A stretch of 64,000 nt of DNA from NCBI GenBank assembly GCA_964016885.1, contig OZ024761.1, positions 5,332,001 to 5,396,000 of the forward strand, read 5' to 3'. This document shows, one piece after another, positions 39,811-52,942 of this stretch; positions within the stretch are counted from its first letter, which is position 1; every line of letters starts with the position of its first letter. Source of the DNA: Eledone cirrhosa. Its lineage: Eukaryota. Position numbers and translations under genes: made by a program. The notes under the pieces were generated by a model that did not search any database, was not told the origin of the DNA, and saw only the letters and a list, made by a program, of their open reading frames with translations.

Positions 39811-41197
39811 ACACAGGCAGCAGAGGTAAAGAGAGAGGAGTAGTATGAGGTAGTCAAACTACTCCTCTCTCTTTACATGTTGTACACAGGCAGCAGAGGT
39901 ACAGAGAGGGGAGTAGTATGAGGTAGTCAAACTACTCCTCTCTCTTTACATGTTGTACACAGGCAGCAGAGGTACAGAGAGGGGAGTAGTATGAGGTAGT
40001 CAAACTACTCCTCTCTCTTTACATGTTGTACACAGGCAGCAGAGGTAAAGAGAGGGGAGTAGTATGAGGTAGTCTAACTACTCCTCTCTCTTTACATGTT
40101 GTACACAGGCAGCAGAGGTAAAGAGAGGGGAGTAGTATGAGGTAGTCAAACTACTCCTCTCTCTTTACATGTTGTACACAGGCAGCAGAGGTACAGAGAG
40201 GGGAGTAGTATGAGGTAGTCAAACTACTCCTCTCTCTTTACATGTTGTACACAGGCAGCAGAGGTAAAGAGAGGGGAGTAGTATGAGGTAGTCTAACTAC
40301 TCCTCTCTCTTTACATGTTGTACACAGGCAGCAGAGGTAAAGAGAGGGGAGTAGTATGAGGTAGTCAAACTACTCCTCTCTCTTTACATGTTGTACACAG
40401 GCAGCAGAGGTAAAGAGAGAGGAGTAGTATGAGGTAATCAAACCACTCCTCTCTCTTTACATGTTGTACACAGGCAGCAGAGGTAAAGAGAGAGGAGTAG
40501 TATGAGGTAGTCAATCTACTCCTCTCTCTCTACATGTTGTACACAGGCAGCAGAGGTAAAGAGAGGGGAGTAGTATGAGGTAGTCAATCTACTCCTCTCT
40601 CTCTACATGTTGTACACAGGCAGCAGAGGTAAAGAGAGGGGAGTAGTATGAGGTAGTCAAACTACTCCCCTCTCTCTACATGTTGTACACAGGCAGCAGA
40701 GGTAAAGAGAGGGGAGTAGTATGAGGTAGTCAAACTACTCCCCTCTCTTTACATGTTGTACACAGGCAGCAGAGGTAAAGAGAGGGGAGTAGTATGAGGT
40801 AGTCAATCTACTCCTCTCTCTCTACATGTTGTACACAGGCAGCAGAGGTAAAGAGAGGGGAGTAGTATGAGGTAGTCAATCTACTCCTCTCTCTCTACAT
40901 GTTGTACACAGGCAGCAGAGGTAAAGAGAGGGGAGTAGTATGAGGTAGTCAATCTACTCCTCTCTCTCTACATGTTGTACACAGGCAGCAGAGGTAAAGA
41001 GAGGGGAGTAGTATGAGGTAGTCAAACTACTCCCCTCTCTCTACATGTTGTACACAGGCAGCAGAGGTAAAGAGAGGGGAGTAGTATGAGGTAGTCAAAC
41101 TACTCCCCTCTCTTTACATGTTGTACACAGGCAGCAGAGGTAAAGAGAGGGGAGTAGTATGAGGTAGTCAAACTACTCCCCTCTCTTTACATGTTGT
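39811..41197. repeat. 73-bp hairpin-forming minisatellite (about 19 copies)
   Basis: Each unit has the stem gtaaagagagaggagtagt / actactcctctctctttac with a 13-nt loop. Confidence 0.95.
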
Positions 41198-41296
41198 GAC
41201 AGAATCACAGAAATGTCTATATAGACTGAAGCCATGTTTCAATATATTTTTACAAAGCCATTAAAGGGTAAGAGGTGACAATGAGATGTTCCATAC

Positions 41297-41406
41297 TTGG
41301 TTGTGATGTTTTCTAGGCAGGACACAACTCCCTTCAATACAACATCTTCTGTAGAGTCACACAGCTGCACAAATAAACCAGATTCTCCCAGCAACAACTC
41401 ATGGAA
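41297..41406 (-). CDS. HEATR6: HEATR6 exon 4
   Basis: attcag|FHELLLGESGLFVQLCDSTEDVVLKGVVSCLENITT(K)|gtatgg; 110 bp, ends in phase 2. Confidence 0.85.
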
Positions 41407-41482
41407 CTGAATAAAACAAATGACATGTAGTGTTGTAGTAGTAGTGGTGGTAGTGGTGGTAGTGGTAGTGGTGGTGGTAGTG

Positions 41483-41532
<50 letters not shown>

Positions 41533-41548
41533 TGTGGTAGTGGTGGTG

Positions 41549-41631
<83 letters not shown>

Positions 41632-41662
41632 GGTAGTGGTGGTGGTGGTAGTGGTGGTGGTG

Positions 41663-41703
<41 letters not shown>

Positions 41704-41788
41704 TGTGGTAGTGGTGGTGGTGGTAGTGGTGGTGGTAGTAGTAGTGGTGGTAGTAGTAGTAGTAGTAGTAGTTGTGGTAGTGGTGGTG

Positions 41789-41848
<60 letters not shown>

Positions 41849-41981
41849 CAGTAGTAGTAGTAGTAGTACAGTAGTAGTAGTAGTAGTAGTAGTCGTAGTA
41901 GTAGTGGTGGTGGTGGTGGTGGTAGTGATGGTAGTAGTAGTAGTGGTAGTAGTAGTAGTTGTGGTAGTAGTAGTAGTAGTG

Positions 41982-42013
<32 letters not shown>

Positions 42014-42714
42014 GGTAGTATTGGTGGTAGTAGTACTGGTGGTAGTAGTAGTGGTGGTGGTAATAGTAGTGGTGGTGGTGGTAGTAGTAGTAGTGGTGGT
42101 AGTAGTAGTGGTGGTGGTAGTGGTGGTGGTAGTAGTAGTGGTACTGGTAGTAATAGTAGTGGTGATGGTAGTAGTGGTGGTGGTGTTAATAGTAGTGGTG
42201 GTAGTAGTAGTAGCAGCAGCAGCAGTAATATTAATAACAGTAGTAGTTGTTGTTTAGCCCCAGGTCAATCCTGCTTGAAGCAGACCTATGATCAAATACA
42301 TTATACATTCCAACCATACTCAACCTATATTTTTAGGAAACTAAAGCAAGGGTTAGACTTCTGGGCTCTGTGACAAGCTTCTCATCATGGAAACCTTTTT
42401 AAGGCAATATTTTTATAGCCCTTCCTTGTGTCACCCCTTTGAGTCCCCTTTTATGACATATAGGGATATGGTGTATCTATTCTAAGCTGGATACACACAG
42501 TACCTTTTAGCAGTATGTAGTACTACATTATCTCATGTGTCCTGTTAATACGTATAACATTAGGGTGTGATTTGAGAGACTTGGCTGCTATTTTTAGTAA
42601 ATCAAGTGACCACGTAGAAGCTTGTTTGCTGGCTCAGTAGCAAATCTTAAGTGTTCCTATCATTTCTCTGGATCCAGTAAAATAAGTATGGAGACAACCA
42701 ATTTAACTATATTA

Positions 42715-44540
42715 TACAATATGGTGGTCTTTTGGAATATCTCAGGGAATTCAATGTAGAAAATGGAATTATCCAAGTCATCCAGGCCCTTTATAAAGAT
42801 GCCACCGGCTTAGTTCTTTTGGGAAAACAAGTGGGAAACTTCTTTCAGACAGGGGTGTGTACTTTCACCCTCAGACAACTGTTGGCATAAAACAGGGGTG
42901 TGTACTTTCACCCTCGGACAACTGTTGGCGTGAGACAGGAGTGAGTACTTTCAACCTCGGACAACTGTTGGCGTGAGACAGGAGTGAGTACTTTCACCCT
43001 CGGACAACTGTTGGCGTGAGACAGGGGTGAGTACTTTCACCCTCGGACAACTGTTGGCGTGAGACAGGGGTGTGTACTTTCACCCTCGGACAACTGTTGG
43101 CATGAGACAGGGGTGTGTACTTTCACCCTCGGACAACTATTGGCATGAGACAGGGGTGAGTACTTTCACCCTCGGACAACTGTTGGAGTGAGACAGGGGT
43201 GTGTACTTTCACCCTCAGACAATTTTGGTGTGAGACAGGGGTGTGTACTTTCACCCTCAGACAATTTTTGGTGTGAGACAGGGATGTGTACTTTCACCCT
43301 CAGACAACTTTTGGTGTGAGACAGGGGTGTGTACTTTCACCCTCTGACAACTTTTGGTGTGAGACAGGGATGTGTACTTTCACCCTCAGACAATTTTTGG
43401 TGTGAGACAGGGGTGTGTACTTTCACCCTCAGACAACTTTTGGTGTGAGACAGGGGTGTGTACTTTCACCCTCAGACAATTTTTGGTGTGAGACAGGGAT
43501 GTGTACTTTCACCCTCTGACAACTTTTGGTGTGAGACAGGGGTGAGTACTTTCACCCTCAGACAACTTTTGGTGTGAGACAGGGGTGTGTACTTTCACCC
43601 TCAGACAACTTTTGGTGTGAGACAGGGGTGTGTACTTTCACCCTCGGACAACTGTTGGCATGAGACAGGAGTGAGTACTTTCACTCTCAGACAACTGTTG
43701 GCATGAGACAGGGGTGAGTACTTTCACCCTCGGACAACTTTTGGTGTGAGACAGGGGTGTGTACTTTCACCCTTAGACAACTGTCGGCATGAGACAGGGG
43801 GTGAGTACTTTCACCCTCGGACAACTGTTGGCATGAGACAGGGGTGAGTACTTTCAACCTCAGACAACTATCGGCATGAGACAGGGGTGTGTACTTTCAC
43901 CCACGTTGTTTAACATGTTTTAGAATGTGTAGTGACCTACATTCCGTGGGCTCACATACATTCTCTGTGCGTTATTTGGCTCAGCTCAGCCAATCAGCGC
44001 CAGCAGAAGAGAACGTATCCCTACGCGCCCTGAGGGAAAAATTCCCGCTTGAATTTGAGAAATCACTCTCTCGCAACCTGACCATGGTAATGTAAAGACC
44101 ACTTGGTCTCTTGCTGCTTGAACTCCGAAGGAACGACACAAACAATATGTAATGGTGAGATTTACACTTTGGCCTGCCTCGGGCCTGGTACAATGGCACA
44201 TTCCTTTTGTAACCCTTTCATGTTTAACTACAACCATACAATTTAACAAACATTACTTTGTTCTACAACAAAATAAACATACTTTTCATCTCACGAACAT
44301 TCTTCTTGTTGACGTTATTATCATGTTACTCGTTATCGATATGACTAACATATACTTCTACCAAACTGATTACTCGTGGCGCTACTAACTATAACCCAAA
44401 TTATCTGCTAAAAATGAATCATGAAAGAAACCCTCAACAACCATGATACCTCAATCTCTGTCAGTGGTAGACCTGTCTGTAACCTACGTTTTGTAGACAA
44501 CATTGACCTCATAACAGGCAGTAACAAGCTCCAAGAATGG
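42715..44540 (+). pseudogene. Degraded RTE reverse-transcriptase fragment interrupted by a minisatellite and an insertion
   Basis: IIQVIQALYKDAT...TTVGVRQGCVLSPTLFNMF...ISVSGRPVCNLRFVDNIDL. Confidence 0.75.
42850..43902. repeat. 43-bp minisatellite derived from an RT motif
   Basis: (gacaactgttggcgtgagacaggggtgtgtactttcaccctcg) about 24 copies. Confidence 0.95.
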
Positions 44541-44818
44541 ACACAAATGACGACACCAGATTTGTTGACGGCCACCGTTGACAGACTATTTTGAGTGTGA
44601 GCTGCTTCTGTAGTAGGATTTTCATATTATTCATTTTGAGAACAATACCTTAACAATGTTATGAGTGGCTGGTTATGACCAGTTTGAACAGAAAGAGGTG
44701 AGAGAATTCAGGCTGGATAGAGCCAGTTTAAATGCTTAAGGATTAAATAACAATTAACAATTTATTAATTAACCAAAATGATGATAAATTGTTAATACAG
44801 AGAGAAAATACAACAAAC

Positions 44819-44959
44819 CTTCTTTAATCTGCTTCCATTCTCATGAAAAAGGACTGCCAATGTAGACAGGATATCAGGAATGATGCATTTGGGAGATTGT
44901 TCCAATCCATGGATTAAGAAACTAGTCACTTTTAGGAATGACCTATCATCTAGGGAACC
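44819..44959 (-). CDS. HEATR6: HEATR6 exon 3
   Basis: cttcag|GSLDDRSFLKVTSFLIHGLEQSPKCIIPDILSTLAVLFHENGSRLKK|gtttgt; 141 bp; resembles vertebrate ILQALAALVYCNG as recalled. Confidence 0.85.
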
Positions 44960-45215
44960 CTGAAGTTGGAATAAATAATAAACAAATATAATTCATGTAA
45001 ATTCTGTGATAAAATGTGTGGGTTTGTAGTAGGTCTGGAAGGTTCTATGAGAGGGTACAATGGCCAAGATAATATCAACATTAAAGACAAGTCTTTTGTT
45101 TGTCACGTATGCAACAAAATCTGCAAAAGGGAAGCTGGCCTAAAGAGCCACATGCATGCCCACTACAAAATTGAAGAGATGGCCTTCTTCTGTAAAGAAA
45201 TAGCTGTCACCAAAT

Positions 45216-45246
<31 letters not shown>

Positions 45247-45905
45247 AGCATAAGTTAGAGTCATATATAAGCATAAGTTAGAGTCATATATTTGTGTGTG
45301 TGTGTAGGATACCTTCGTAAATAGCCAAAACAGTGCATAATGGAAACATAGCCCTGTAAGTGACATAACCCTGAAATCGGGATAAAACAAGTTTGACGTA
45401 AATCGACATAACCTATTTTCATCATTCGAGAAATATTTTTAATAATTATTAAAAAAAGATTTTTCAGTGATTTATCAGTGAATATGATTTCAAAACTACA
45501 AGTTGTTTGTACTTCAAGTATCTTTGAGCTTTCTTTAAACAGACGATATTTTAATTATCAGAAAAGCATTAAATGAATATGACTGAAAAATACCAGTTGG
45601 TGTTAAACAGTAGGTGTTTATATTTTTGCTTTTGTTAAGAGGAAATGTGTTTCCTTGAAAACTGGTATGACTCTAAAACCCGGTCCGTCTGTGTGGTTAC
45701 ATACAGACTAGCTGGACACTCACTGTAAAGTGTCTAGTGAAAAACTCAGTACATGTACATATGTATACATGTGTGTATTTATATGCATACTAATACTTCC
45801 GTATACATATGTAGATGTACACTTTAACTTAATTGTTTAAGCGTCAGTCATACAAAAGTGAGTTAGAAGCGAAACGAAATTTAATTTCGTTTCGTTATTT
45901 GTTTT

Positions 45906-45941
<36 letters not shown>

Positions 45942-46619
45942 CATATATATATAGTCGAAGCTCTGGCTGCAGCCAAGCTAACGAATGCAATCGGAATGTG
46001 CAGCTAAGCACTCAATAAGGTATTTTACCTTAGAGTTATAACATTACATATATCATCATCACCGTTTTACGTCCGTTCTTCCACGCTAGCATGGGTTAGA
46101 CGGGTTGTCCTGTTGTGGGCAGTGTCCGGTCAGCTGACCATGTCTTGCACATACAGGAACTGATTCTGGCTTGATTTCTACAGCTGGATGCCCTTCCTAA
46201 CACCAACCTCATTTACAGTGAGTGCTGGGTGCTTTTTTGCCGTGGCGGCTACACGTCCACTTTGCAGTGGGAGGGTGTGGGGCATATTGTCTATATGCTT
46301 CAGCTTCAGCTTGTACCCGTGGGGGGTCAGGTCTTCTGTATTAATGCATGAAGCCAGAGGTCATGGTCGTGTGTCATTGCCTTTGAGACGTGCGATTGGG
46401 TAAGGTCGGCTTTTATCACCTCATCCCAGGTCTTCCTGGGTCTCCCCACTCCGCGGTTTCCATCGACTTCTAGTGCTCTGCACCTTTTTATGCAGCTGTC
46501 ATCCTTCATACGCATCACATGTCCATACCAATGCAACCGCCTCTCCTGCACACAGCGTTTGACTCCTCTTATGCTCAGTCTCTCTCTCAATTCATTTATG
46601 CTTTGCCGTTCGCATATAT

Positions 46620-46661
<42 letters not shown>

Positions 46662-46666
46662 ATATA

Positions 46667-47017
46667 TGGAGGCACATGGCTTAGTGGTTAGAGCATTGGC
46701 CTTGCAATTGAAAGGTTGTGAGTTCAATTCTCAGACCGGGTGATGTGTTGTTTCCTTGAGCAAGACACTTTATTTCACATTGCTCCAGTTTACTCAGCTG
46801 TAGAAATGAGATGATAGGGACCGGGGTCTCTATCATTCCACTGTAAAGTGGTCGTGGAGGTGCCACGGCAAAAAAGCACCCAGCACTCACTGTAAATGAG
46901 GTTGGTGTTAGGAAGGGCATCCAGCTGTAGAAATCAAGCCAGCATCAGTTCCCGTCCCACCCTTGCAAGCAGGGAAAAGCGGACGTAAAACGAAATGATG
47001 ATGATGATGATGATGAT
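46667..47017 (+). mobile_element. tRNA-derived SINE with CORE-like body and (GAT)n tail
   Basis: A box tggcttagtgg, B box gagttcaattc, body cttgagcaagacacttt...cagctgtagaaatg. Other copies or parts at about 4233-4640, 5808-6097, 10950-11275, 46055-46390 and 61495-61720. Confidence 0.85.
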
Positions 47018-47444
47018 ATATATATATATATATATATATACAAATTCTAGTACAGCATTAACGAAGCTTTAGTTTGCAGCCAAGCTAACGAATGCAAATT
47101 CGGTATGTAGCTTTAGCACTCAATAAGGGATAGTACCCCAGAGTAATAACAATACGTTTAAATCAAATATAGCGATCGGCAGTCCAGCCGCATTGCCATA
47201 GCAACGAAAATGGTTGGACTCAGGAAAATATATATATATATATATACACTTCCGTACGAACGAGACATGGTCTCCCGACCATTCCTACATCAAATGGAAC
47301 AGACACATACTAGCGTGGAAGATGGATATTAAACGATGATGATGATGATAATGATATATATATATATATAAGGGCTTCCTGATGATTTCTCCCGAATGAA
47401 ACAGTTCTAGTCCTGTAAAAGCCATTTCTATCATTTATTTCATT

Positions 47445-47770
47445 CATTTTACGTCCGCTTTTCCCTGCTTGCAAGGGTGGGACGGGAACTGATTCTGGCT
47501 TGATTTCTACAGCTGGATGCCCTTCCTAACACCAACCTCATTTACAGTGAGTGCTGGGTGCTTTTTTGTTGTGGCACCTCCACGACCACTTTGCAGTGGA
47601 ATGATAGGGACTGGGGTCCCTATCATCTCATTTCTACAGCTGAGTAAACTGGAGCAATGTGAAATAAAGTGTCTTGCTCAAGGAAACAACACATCACCCG
47701 GTCTGAGAATTGAACTCACAACCTTTTGATTGCAAGCCCAATGCTCTAACCACTAAGCCATGTGCCTCCA
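47445..47770 (-). mobile_element. Same SINE family, inverted relative to 46667-47017
   Basis: Near-identical reverse complement of the previous copy. Confidence 0.85.
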
Positions 47771-48202
47771 TGTTAAATATATATATATATATATATCATC
47801 ATCATCATCATCATTTTACGTCCGCTCTTCCCTGCTTGCAAGGGTGGGACGGGTCCTATTCAGCGCACCATCTCTCCACTTGTCACGATCCTTCGTCATC
47901 TCCTCCGTGAGTTTCAGTGATCTGAGGTCTGCTCTCACCACCTCCGCCCATGTTTTTCGTGGTCTTCCTTCTACTGTGTGTGTGTATGTGAAAAGAAACC
48001 TTTAACCCAAGTAAAGTTTAAAATCTATTAATTTCAATATTAGTCATACAAAATGTTTTATTTTAATTAGATAACATTTACAGCAAGGGACATAACTCCA
48101 CTTTACAGTGACTACATTCATATGGAATTTAGCCAAATATGTTTATTTAAAGTTAGTAACGGGAGAAAAGAGAGGAAATAATTTAAAAAGGGGTTAACCC
48201 AC

Positions 48203-48310
48203 CTCTAAGTTGATGATAATACTAAAAATTGCGTGGCAAAACTTCCCCACCATATATTCTTCGTTGTATGGAATCAACGTACAGAGTTTCGAGAGGAACT
48301 GGTTTCCTTC
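48203..48310 (-). CDS. HEATR6: HEATR6 exon 2
   Basis: tttacag|EGNQFLSKLCTLIPYNEEYMVGKFCHAIFSIIINLE|gtgggt; 108 bp, phase 0/0. Confidence 0.8.
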
Positions 48311-48359
48311 CTGTAAACAATAAACAGACTCAGGAATAAAATAATCTGGAATTTCAATA

Positions 48360-48826
48360 AGTGTATACACAGTTAGTTAGTGTGTATACACAGTTAGTTA
48401 GTGTGTATACACAGTTAGTGTGTATATACAGTTAGTGTGTATACAGTTAGTTAGTGTGTACACAGTTAGTGTGTATACAGTTAGTTAGTGTGTACATAGT
48501 TAGTTAGTGTGTATACACAGTGAGTGTGTATACACAGTAAGTTGGTGTATATAGATAGTTAGTGTGTATACACAGTTAGTTAGTGTGTACACAGTTATTT
48601 AGTGTGTATACACAGTTAGTTAGTGTGTATACACAGTTAGTTAGTGTGTATACACAGTTAGTTAGTGTGTATACACAGTTAGTTAGTGTGTATATACACA
48701 GTTAGTTAGTGTGTATACACAGTTAGTTAGTGTGTATACACAATTGGTTAGTGTGTATATACAGTTAGTTAGTGTGTATACACAGTTAGTTAGTGTGTAT
48801 ACACAATTGGTTAGTGTGTATACACA
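48360..48826. repeat. Minisatellite of about 21 bp
   Basis: gtgtgtatacacagttagtta units. Confidence 0.9.
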
Positions 48827-49211
48827 CGAGGAGTTAAAGCGGTCTTTCGATTTAAGATCATCGAGTGAGAACTGAGATTTCCGACAATCTCCGGCAACTC
48901 GGAAGCTTTTCTCATCAATTATTCCTATTTTACAGATAAATTAGACAACAAATATAAAAATATTTGTTGTCTAATTAATGTATTTTTATTGTTGTTTCCT
49001 AATGATCTACGATCATTACCAAATGTCGCTGATTATATACTTTTATTTTCCCCGAATGATCGTAAATCGAAAGACCGTTTATCAATAATGTATTTATTTA
49101 GTGATCTATTTCGAAATGACAAAGAAATGTGTAGTGCACCTGAGCACTGTACACAATATTTTCATTATTATTATCATTATTAAATAAGATTATTGTTATG
49201 ACTGGCCATAC

Positions 49212-49469
49212 CTCGGTGAGAAATACACCTATAGATTGTTCAACGCAGATTGAATTCATCTCGTCCAGTAATTTATTTAACGTTGCTGTGGACTCAGTAA
49301 GTTGGTTATTGTCCATGGTAAACTGCATGAGGCGGTGATAAATATCCATGAAGTTGAGTCTGTCTCCTCTAGAAGGACATTGAGAGATGCTGTTGTGTGT
49401 CCTCACCTCAGCTTTCATAGGAGAGGAGTCCAGCTGTGGTCTAAGACATGAAGGGTCAAGTTGTGACAT
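49212..49469 (-). CDS. HEATR6: HEAT repeat-containing protein 6, coding exon 1
   Basis: MSQLDPS...LNKLLDEMNSICVEQSIGVFLTE, then donor gag|gtatgg; phase 0 into exon 2. The start codon choice is uncertain. Confidence 0.75.
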
Positions 49470-49772
49470 GCTGATGTGTGGTCTGATCGAACAGTTAAAG
49501 TCCAGTTAGAACATGTTATCAGCTGTTGTGCCTGACATCTTCATGTACGACGAGGTTGTCATGTACGCTAGATGGTAACACATTCACAGCCATTGTTAGG
49601 TATTTTCATTAGGAAACAACAATAAAAGTACATTAAATGTTTTTTTACCTTTATATTTATTTCTAATTAACCTTTTTTAATGCTTTGTGAATTTAATAAA
49701 TAAAAATTACTTTCTTTCAATACTTTAATGTTTTGAAATTATTGTTTAATAGCTTTGTATTCTGTGTATAAA

Positions 49773-50528
49773 CAGTGTAAGCCCCGGCATTTGTAGCCCG
49801 AGTTATTCGCGGAATTTACCTTAGATCATAACTAATCATTGTTCGTGGAAACCACCACATATTCGCGGAATCGCAAATATCTATCGCGATCTTTTTATGG
49901 CTTTTTTCGTGGCAATATATATTTTTTCATAGGGCGGTGTATTGGCAGTATTGGTAGAGGGTCGGACGCCATGCTTTGACGTATAGAGTTACGGCCCTTG
50001 CCATTCTGAGTTCAAATCCCGCCAAGGTTTACTTTGTCTTTCATCTTTACGGGGTCGATAAAATAAAGTACCAGTAATGCACTGAGTAATTTGCTGGCCT
50101 TGTGCCTAACGTAGAAACAAACTAGGGCGGTGGATTGGCAGTATCGGTAGCGGGTCAGACGCCATGCTTTGCAGCAAAGAGTTACGGCCCTTTATGATCT
50201 GAGTTCAAATCCCGCCGAGGTTAACTTTGCCTTTCATCCTTACGGGGTCGATAAAATAAAGTACCAGTCACGCACAGGGGTCGATTTAATCGACTTTCCT
50301 CTCCCCCAAAATCACTGGCCTTGTGCCTATATAATAAACCAATATATATTTTTTCATGCTTTTTAACACTAAATTATTAATAACAATATATCGTATGTGC
50401 CGGCTTATATTTTACGTTATGTTTTGACGTTTATAGGCATTTTTATATACCACGTCCGATATTCGCGGATTTTTGCTCTTCGCAGGTGCTCTAGGAACGT
50501 AAGCCCCGCGAATACCGGGGGACAACTG
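49773..50528. mobile_element. Tigger/pogo-like MITE with nested SINEs
   Basis: Ends cagtgtaagccccggcatttg and cgaataccgggggacaactg|ta; internal attcgcgga repeats. Confidence 0.55.
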
Positions 50529-51239
50529 TATATCATATGAAGCTAAATTCAAACATTGTTTCGTGTTAATAAAACTAATGGAAACACTAAGAAGAAAAAA
50601 GGGGGAATAATTTGCATAATTGAAGAACCCGCAATTATAAATCGCATTTCTCTTGGAGTTACGAACTTAATGGTGATTTATTTAATTATACAGAGCATAT
50701 AAATAAATTTACAGTAGAATAACATAACAAATATGTTTTAAATATATACATAAATAACAATACAAATGCTTAGATAACATTATAAATTGCTCGCCATTCT
50801 TTCAGAAAGATATATTCTTTTAATGTTACAATATTAAAGAAAATGTAAAGGAAGGGGTGAACAACGGAGCCAACACCAGAACAAAAGACAGCAGCCAGGG
50901 GTACTGGGAAACCTCTCTAATTTTAAAGTCTAAAGTCAGTCTCAAGCCCTGGGGTTGATCAAGCCGGGGCTTATTCCAGTTTCCATGGCAGGAAGTGACT
51001 GAGAGTATAAGACTTCCCACTGGACAGGACTCCAGTCCATCGCAAGGTTAACCCACAAGTTATCGCTGGTACTTATTTTCAGCTGAGTATACTGGAGCAA
51101 CATAAATTGAAGTGTTTTGCACAAGAACACAACATGCAACCCAGCCTAGGAATCGAACCCACGACATTATGATTGTAAGTCAAACACACCACTAAAACAC
51201 GCACCTCCACAATAAGAATAAAAAGATAATAAAGTGTTG

Positions 51240-52942
51240 GGGAGAAAAGACCCTCACAATATATCACATCTTTACAAGTGGGCTGGGGAGAAGACCCTCA
51301 CAATATATTACACCACAAGGGGCTGGAGAGAAGACCCTCACAATATATCACATCTTTACAAGGGGGCTGGAGAGAAGACCTTCACAATATATCACATCTT
51401 ACAAGGGGGCTGGAGAGAAGACCCTCACAATATATTACACCACAAGGGGCTGGAGAGAAGACCCTCACAATATATCACATCTTTACAAGGGGGCTGGAGA
51501 GAAGACCCTCACAATATATCACATCTTTACAAGGGGGCTGGAGAGAAGACCTTCACAATATATCACATCTTTACAAGGGGGCTGGAGAGAAGACCCTCAC
51601 AATATATTACACCACAAGGGGCTGGAGAGAAGAACCTCATAATATATCACATCTTTACAAGGGGGTGGAGAGAAGACCCTCATAATATATTACACCACAA
51701 CAAGGGGCTGGAGAGAAGACCCTCACAATATTACACCACAAGGGGCTGGAGAGAAGACCCTCATAATATATTACACCACAAGGGGCTGGAGAGAAGAACC
51801 TCATAATATATCACATCTTTACAAGGGGGGTGGAGAGAAGACCCTCATAATATATTACACCACAACAAGGGGCTGGAGAGAAGACCCTCACAATATTACA
51901 CCACAAGGGGCTGGAAAGAAGACCCTCATAATATATTACACCACAACAAGGGGTTGGAGAGAAGACCCTCACAATATATCACATCTTTACAAGGGGACTG
52001 GAGAGAAGACCTTCACAATATATCACATCTTTACAAGGGGGCTGGAGAGAAGACCCTCACAATATATTACACCACAAGGGGCTGGAGAGAAGACCCTCAT
52101 AATATATCACATCTTTACAAGGGGGCTGGAGAGAAGACCCTCACAATATATTACACCACAAGGGGTTGGAGAGAAGACCCTCACAATATATCACATCTTT
52201 ACAAGGGGGCTGGAGAGAAGACCCTCACAATATATCACATCTTTACAAGGGGGCTGGAGAGAAGACCCTCACAATATATTACATCTTTACAAGGGGGCTG
52301 GAGAGAAGACCTTCATAATATATCACATCTTTACAAGGGGGCTGAAGAGAAGACCCTCACAATATATCCCATCTTTACAAGGGGGCTGGAGAGAAGACCC
52401 TCACAATATATTACACCACAAGGGGCTGGAGAGAAGACCCTCATAATATATCACATCTTTACAAGGGGGCTGGAGAGAGGACCCTCATAATATATTACAC
52501 CACCACAAGAGGCTGAAGAGAAGACCTTCACAATATATCACACCACAACAAGGGGGCTGGAGAGAAGACCCTCACAATATATCACATGTTTACAAGGGGG
52601 CTAGAGAGAAGACCCTCACAATATATTATACTACAACAAGGGGCTGAAGAGAAGACCCTCACAATATATCACATCTTTACAAGGGGGCTGGAGAGAAGAC
52701 CCTCACAATATATTACACCACAAGAGGACTGAAGAGAAGACCCTCACAATATATCACACCACAACAAGGGGCTGAAGAGAAGACCCTCACAATATATCAC
52801 ACCACAACAAGGGGCTGAAGAGAAGACCCTCACAAGATATCACACCACAACAAGGAGCTGGAGAGAAGACCTTCACAATATATTACACCACAGGGGGCTG
52901 GAGAAAAGACGCTCGCAATATATCAAACACCACAACAAGGGG
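51240..52942. repeat. Minisatellite of about 39-43 bp
   Basis: ggggctggagagaagaccctcacaatatatcacatctttacaa units. Confidence 0.95.

Noticed and set aside
39811-41197. CRISPR-like array or let-7 miRNA gene
   Set aside because: No unique spacers or cas genes. The let-7 similarity is only 9 nt and lies in the loop, not in a stem arm.
45014-45247. C2H2 zinc finger FVCHVCNKICKREAGLKSHMHAH
   Set aside because: Isolated, antisense in a HEATR6 intron, and a preceding finger is degraded. It most likely represents the C-terminal remnant of an RTE-type LINE rather than a ZNF gene.
46667-46740. tRNA gene
   Set aside because: tRNA-like head continuous with a SINE body and present in multiple copies.
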